The position numbers and the translations under genes were made by a program. Shown here one piece after another: positions 31,998-34,808 of a stretch of 34,808 nucleotides of DNA. Source of the stretch: Polyangiaceae bacterium (GTDB taxonomy: Bacteria; Myxococcota_A; Polyangia; Polyangiales; Polyangiaceae). The stretch is taken from NCBI GenBank assembly GCA_044222475.1, contig JBGANF010000089.1, forward strand, positions 1 to 34,808, written 5' to 3'. How positions within the stretch are numbered: the first letter of the stretch is position 1; each line of letters begins with the position of its first letter. Below the pieces are notes generated by a model, which did not search any database, was not told the origin of the DNA, and was given only the letters and a program-made list of their open reading frames with translations.

Positions 31998-32513
31998 ATG
32001 AACGCCGAGAAGTTCGTGCGCGACGCATGGGCCACGACCGACCAAGAGGCCCGAAAGCAGTTCGTTCGTGCTCACGTTGGCAAGGTCTCGCTCCCCGAGC
32101 TCGAGAAGGTCGTCCTCCGAGAGATGGACAAGGCGGGCTGGAACGTCGGCATCTTGATGGTCGCGCAGCGGATTCTGCAGATCGTACCGTCGCAGAAGAT
32201 CATGCATGGCCTCCTCGCGATGGAAGCGAAGGGCGCCGCGCCCACGCCGAACGGGCCGACGCTCCACAAACAGCTGCGCGCCAACCTCGAGCACCTCGCG
32301 TCGCGCCACCCGGCTCTCGCCGACGCAGAGAAGAGCTTCCGCGCGACCCTCCGCGGATCGAAGGCCAAGGTCGTCGCGAAATCGGCGAAGTCGATCGCGA
32401 AGCCGGAGAAGGCGCCGAAGGTGGCGAAGGCCAAAGCCGCCGCGAAGCCCGCGGCGAAGAAGAGCACGGCAGCGAAGCCGGCCAAGAAGAGCGCGGCGGC
32501 GAAGCGCCGCTGA
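31998..32513 (+). CDS. Hypothetical protein with a histone-H1-like Lys/Ala/Pro tail
   Basis: Globular N-terminus, then AKAKAAAKPAAKKSTAAKPAKKSAAAKRR. Confidence 0.75.
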   Translation: MNAEKFVRDAWATTDQEARKQFVRAHVGKVSLPELEKVVLREMDKAGWNVGILMVAQRILQIVPSQKIMHGLLAMEAKGAAPTPNGPTLHKQLRANLEHLASRHPALADAEKSFRATLRGSKAKVVAKSAKSIAKPEKAPKVAKAKAAAKPAAKKSTAAKPAKKSAAAKRR

Positions 32514-32517
32514 GTCG

Positions 32518-33474
32518 ATGACTGCGCGTAGGCTCTTCGCGTTCGGCACGATCGCCGCATCGATCGCGTGTGCGTCGCTCGCTCGCGCCGAGGCAACACC
32601 GAGCGAAGCCGAGCAGCGCGTCGCGGAAGGGACGGCGCTCTACGAAAGCGGGAGCTACGAAGCTGCGCTGTCGAAATTCGTGCAGGCGTGCGCGCTCGCG
32701 AAGGCCGAGCCGTGCTCGAGGTACATCGCGTTGACGGAGCTCAAGCTCGGTCGCTTCGTCGAGGGCCAGCGCGATCTCGCCGCGTACGTCGCGCGGTTTC
32801 CGCCGGCGGATCCGAAGCCGTACGACGACCTCATGAAGGATGCGTACGCGAAGACCGGGCACTTGAAGGTGAAGGCGCCGGATGGATCGCAGATCGTGAT
32901 CGACTCGGGGGAGCCCGTGGGGACCACGCCGCTCGCCGTCGAGGTCCCGGTGACGGCCGGGAAGCACACCGTGCTCGCCAAGCGCAAAGGCGTCTCCTTC
33001 GGCCGCGACGTCGATGCCCCGGCCGGGAAGGTGATCGTCGTCGACCTCGCCAACGGCGAAGACGACGAAGACGAGGACGATGCGGCGAAGCCGGTCAAGC
33101 CGAAGCCCAAGACCGAGAAGGTCCGCGCGACCGGAGCGTGGATCGGCGGCGGCATCATCGCTGGGCTCGGCGTCGTGGGTCTGGGCTTCGGCATCGGCGC
33201 CGCGGTCGCGAGCCAGAACGCCAAGGACGACGTACGGCGACTCTACGCGCCTGGCGTGTGCGCTGCGCCTTCCACCGCGTGCAACGCGTACCGCGACGCG
33301 GTCGATTCGTTGAACACCGCGTCGGCGCTGTCCGTGACCGGATACGTGACCGGAGGCGTTCTCCTCGCGACCGGGTTTCTCGTCTGGATCATGTGGCCGA
33401 AGGCGGAGCGGCCGATCCTGACTCCGGCAGTGTCGCCTTCGTCGATCGGCCTGTCGCTCACGGGTACGTTCTGA
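32518..33474 (+). CDS. TPR plus PEGA-like protein with C-terminal hydrophobic segments
   Basis: Signal peptide; GTALYESGSYEAAL TPR-like segment; VGTTPL...VTAGKHTV PEGA-like segment; ends GLSLTGTF. Confidence 0.8.
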   Translation: MTARRLFAFGTIAASIACASLARAEATPSEAEQRVAEGTALYESGSYEAALSKFVQACALAKAEPCSRYIALTELKLGRFVEGQRDLAAYVARFPPADPKPYDDLMKDAYAKTGHLKVKAPDGSQIVIDSGEPVGTTPLAVEVPVTAGKHTVLAKRKGVSFGRDVDAPAGKVIVVDLANGEDDEDEDDAAKPVKPKPKTEKVRATGAWIGGGIIAGLGVVGLGFGIGAAVASQNAKDDVRRLYAPGVCAAPSTACNAYRDAVDSLNTASALSVTGYVTGGVLLATGFLVWIMWPKAERPILTPAVSPSSIGLSLTGTF

Positions 33475-34808
33475 TGCGGCCCGCTCACGTCGCCCTGCTC
33501 GGCGCGGTCGCGCTCGCGTTCACCGCGTGTCCGGCGTCGCTGATGGAAGTCTGCGACAACGGCGCGTGCGTCGCCCCCGAAGGCGGCGCGGTCCCCCCCG
33601 GGTGCGACCTGAGCAAAGAGGTCGCGGCGTCGCCGGCTTGCGTCGACGAGCTCGTCGGCTACTTCGTGAGTCCCACCGGCTCGGACGACGCGCCCGGTAC
33701 CAAGACGCGCCCGTTTGCGACGCTCGGCAAGGCTTTGTCCCAAACTGGTAAACCGAGAATCTACGTCTGCGAAGGTACGTACGTCGGCACGCCTCTCGTC
33801 ACGAAAGCCGTCGCGATCGTCGGCGGGCTGAAGTGCGACTTCACCCCGGGGGGTGGCCGCCCCGTGATCGTCGGGGATTCCGCCGATTTCGCGATGCGAA
33901 TCACCGCGTCGGGCGTCTCCCTCGTCGATCTCGCCGTGCAAGCGAAGGACGGCGTGACTCCGAGTCAATCGAGCGTCGCCCTCGCCGTCGTCTCGTCGCA
34001 GAGCGTGGAGCTGCGTCGGGTGAAGCTCGTCGCGGGCAAGGGCCAGCCCGGCGCCGACGGCGTCGCTGCGCCGTACGCGTTCCCCGCTCCGTCGACGCTC
34101 GACGGGAAGCCGGGGACCGGAACGAGCGGCGGCCTCGCGACGACGAACGCGTGTCCTGGCGGCGCCTCGACGGGCGGCAAAGGTGGCGACAACGGCCTCG
34201 ATGGACAACCCGGCCAACCGACCGGCGCCGGCGGCGCGGCGGGAACGTTCGCGGGCTGCGCGACGAACATCGGCGGAGGCAGCGGCGCCGACGGTGCATC
34301 GTTCGGCCCGGCGCCCTCACCGACGACGCTCGGATCGCTCGGCGTGTCGTGGAGCGCAACGGCTGGATCGCGCGGCACGGACGGCGCGCCGGGCCAAGGC
34401 GGCGGCGGCGGCGGTGGTCGCGGCGGCGGCGGCGGTGGCGGCGGTGGCGCCGGCGGCTGCGGCGGAGCGGGTGGCGCGGGTGGCGGCGGCGGTGGAGGCA
34501 GCATCGCGCTCCTCTCGCTCGACAGCGCGATCAAGCTCGTGGCGAGCGAGCTCGTCGCGGGCGCCGCGGGTCGCGGCGGAAACGGCGTCGCGGGTCAGAC
34601 CGGTCAGACCGACTTCGGCGCCGGCGGCGCACCGGCGGCCGGAGGCTGCAACGGCGGGGCAGGGGGCAAAGCAGGCTCCGGCGGAGCGGGAGCGGGCGGC
34701 GCTGGGGGAATTTCGGTCGGCGTGCTGCATCGCGGCGCCGCGCCGTCCCAAGATGGTACGACCATCACGCCGGGGACGAAGGGCGCCAAGGGAACCGGCG
34801 GAGCACCA
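33474..34808 (+). CDS. Gly-rich (PGRS-like) lipoprotein; runs off the window end
   Basis: TGATG overlap; MRPAHVALLGAVALAFTAC; FVSPTGSDDAPGTKTRPFATL motif, IYVCEGTY, long poly-Gly tracts. Confidence 0.8.
   Translation, partial: MRPAHVALLGAVALAFTACPASLMEVCDNGACVAPEGGAVPPGCDLSKEVAASPACVDELVGYFVSPTGSDDAPGTKTRPFATLGKALSQTGKPRIYVCEGTYVGTPLVTKAVAIVGGLKCDFTPGGGRPVIVGDSADFAMRITASGVSLVDLAVQAKDGVTPSQSSVALAVVSSQSVELRRVKLVAGKGQPGADGVAAPYAFPAPSTLDGKPGTGTSGGLATTNACPGGASTGGKGGDNGLDGQPGQPTGAGGAAGTFAGCATNIGGGSGADGASFGPAPSPTTLGSLGVSWSATAGSRGTDGAPGQGGGGGGGRGGGGGGGGGAGGCGGAGGAGGGGGGGSIALLSLDSAIKLVASELVAGAAGRGGNGVAGQTGQTDFGAGGAPAAGGCNGGAGGKAGSGGAGAGGAGGISVGVLHRGAAPSQDGTTITPGTKGAKGTGGAP

Noticed and set aside
34395..34502. 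GGC tandem repeats as a microsatellite or CRISPR-like array
   Set aside because: They encode poly-Gly of the PGRS-like protein; no repeat-spacer structure

Overview
High-GC, very gene-dense bacterial DNA, most likely Myxococcota (Polyangiaceae-like), judged from a MYXO-CTERM tail, many DAG-linker Cys-rich lipoproteins and a TPR-PEGA plus Gly-rich gene pair. About 30 CDS are supported. I found no rRNA, tRNA, CRISPR or mobile element. The main finding is at 1-7496, a candidate trans-envelope electron conduit. It comprises a membrane-anchored ferredoxin/NADPH-flavoprotein with atypical Fe-S motifs and permuted motif order, a di-heme-b ferric-reductase-like membrane protein, a 33-CxxCH cytochrome c built of triheme repeats, an outer-membrane beta-barrel, a pentaheme lipoprotein and an LPxGHP-motif protein. 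Other notable items are a Fur-boxed DHOR/imelysin/P460-like/beta-barrel iron operon, a GLIC/ELIC-type ligand-gated channel, a selenoprotein-N-like lipoprotein, a triple-operator promoter ahead of a small basic protein, and signs of widespread leaderless translation. Housekeeping genes are ligA and proC. All family calls come from motif recognition by eye, not database searches.
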